Of a stretch of 64,000 nt of DNA, positions 62,738 to 64,000 are shown one piece after another (the stretch's first letter is position 1; each line of letters opens with the position of its first letter). The notes beneath the pieces were generated by a model, which saw nothing but the letters and a program-made list of their open reading frames with translations, had not been told where the DNA came from and made no database searches. Source of the DNA: Octopus sinensis (lineage: Eukaryota); contig NC_042997.1 of NCBI RefSeq assembly GCF_006345805.1, positions 127,162,001-127,226,000 of the forward strand, read 5' to 3'. A program made the position numbers and the translations under genes.

Positions 62738-64000
62738 TACGAAGGTGTACCCAAAAGAAACCGGAATTTTGCAATATTATTTTCTTCACTTACTTTTACA
62801 TGTTTACACTTTTATAGCCTTCAAATTATTCTCCATTTGAAGTAATCCATCGGCCCAGATACGTTTTCCACTGTTCGAAGCATTGCTGGAACTCGTGTGA
62901 AGTGATGCCTTTTAACACCTCCGTCGATTTTTTATTACCTCTTCTACATCTGCAAAGCGTTTTCTTTTAAGGACGTTTTTTTCATTCGGGGGAACAAAAA
63001 TGAGTACAGGGAGCAAGATCGGGTGAATAAGGGGGGGGGGTAAGCGGGGTTATGCCATTTTAACCAGAAACTGTTTCACACTCAATGTGGCGTGCGCAGA
63101 CGCTTTGTCATGATGAAACCACCTCTTCCTACTTTGTTATAGGTCGGAACATTTTCGTCTCCTCGCGTCTTGCAAATGCTTCAGAACTGCCGAGTGAAAT
63201 GTTTGATTAACAGTTTGGTCAGGAAGAACAAATTCTATGTGGAAAAATTCCTTTCGCATTGATTAAACATATCAGCATCCTCTTCACATTGGACATCACT
63301 TGACGCGCTTTTGTGGAGGCGTGGTGACTTTGAATGTTTCCATTAACTTGATTGCTGCTTCGTTTCCGGGTCGTCGCCGTAACAACACCAGTGATAACCT
63401 GTGAATAAAGGTCTGGATCAACTTCCAACTTTTCTTTCAGTTCACGACAGCATTCAGTCGTGACTGCTTTTGATCTTCCTTCTGCAAGTGAGGCACAAAT
63501 TTTGCTGCAATACTTTTCATTCATTATTCCTCACTCAAAATTCGTTAGCAGGAGCTCCAGAGCACACCAGTCATATCAACAAGTTCGTCAATTCTTCGGC
63601 GACGGTTCTCCAAGATCAGTTCGTGACTTTTCATGATGCTTTCATTCGTGTCGGAGGTCGACGGTCGTCATGAACGAGGTTGGTCTTTAAGTGACAAGCG
63701 ATCATTCCTGAAGCGTGGAAACTACTCTTAAGCTTGTGTTTTGTTCATATCAGTGCCCTTGGAAGCTGTTTGAAGCATAACAGCTGTTTCGGCCGCCGTT
63801 TTACCCCAGCTGAAAACAATTTCACGGAAGCACGCTGTTTCTTCGTTTCAGCCATTGCAAAAATTGATGAACAGGGGAGAAACACTGCAAAAGAAAGAGG
63901 CACCACGTAACAGTACGACTTCAATGGATGGCGCCGGTCGGCTGACTGATGCCTGAGGATCGCATCAGGTGGCTTCTAGCGACGAAAGCCTGGTCTACCT
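62738..64000 (-). mobile_element. Decayed mariner, runs off the window end
   Basis: TIR TACGAAGGTGTACCCAAAAGAAACCGGAA; CRELKEKLEVDPDLYSQVITG and KARQVMSNVKRMLI; homologous to 52785-53692. Confidence 0.85.

Overview
AT-rich, microsatellite-dense eukaryotic DNA with no host protein-coding exon that I can recognise, so probably intergenic or intronic. The SINE families and repeat landscape suggest a cephalopod, likely an octopus (inference). Almost all complex sequence is transposon-derived. It includes a full-length L1/Tx1-clade LINE sitting inside a (TATC)n tract and a near-full-length Penelope-like element (PLE) with several other PLE remnants, many carrying minimal hammerhead-ribozyme motifs. 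There is also a stack of 5'-truncated R4/Dong-type RLE retrotransposons in (TAA)n, one full-length mariner, one IR/DR Tc1, several mariner derivatives, RTE and CR1 relics, and four tRNA-derived SINE families. Four observations stand out. (1) The Tx1-like LINE may target (GATA/TATC)n. (2) Its 3' terminal stem-loop matches one 3' tail of the most abundant SINE, which has 13-14 bp TSDs, suggesting a LINE-SINE partnership. (3) There are ~200-bp solo hammerhead units and back-to-back hammerhead palindromes. (4) Different retroelement clades sit in different microsatellite classes. All calls are by eye, with no database searches.
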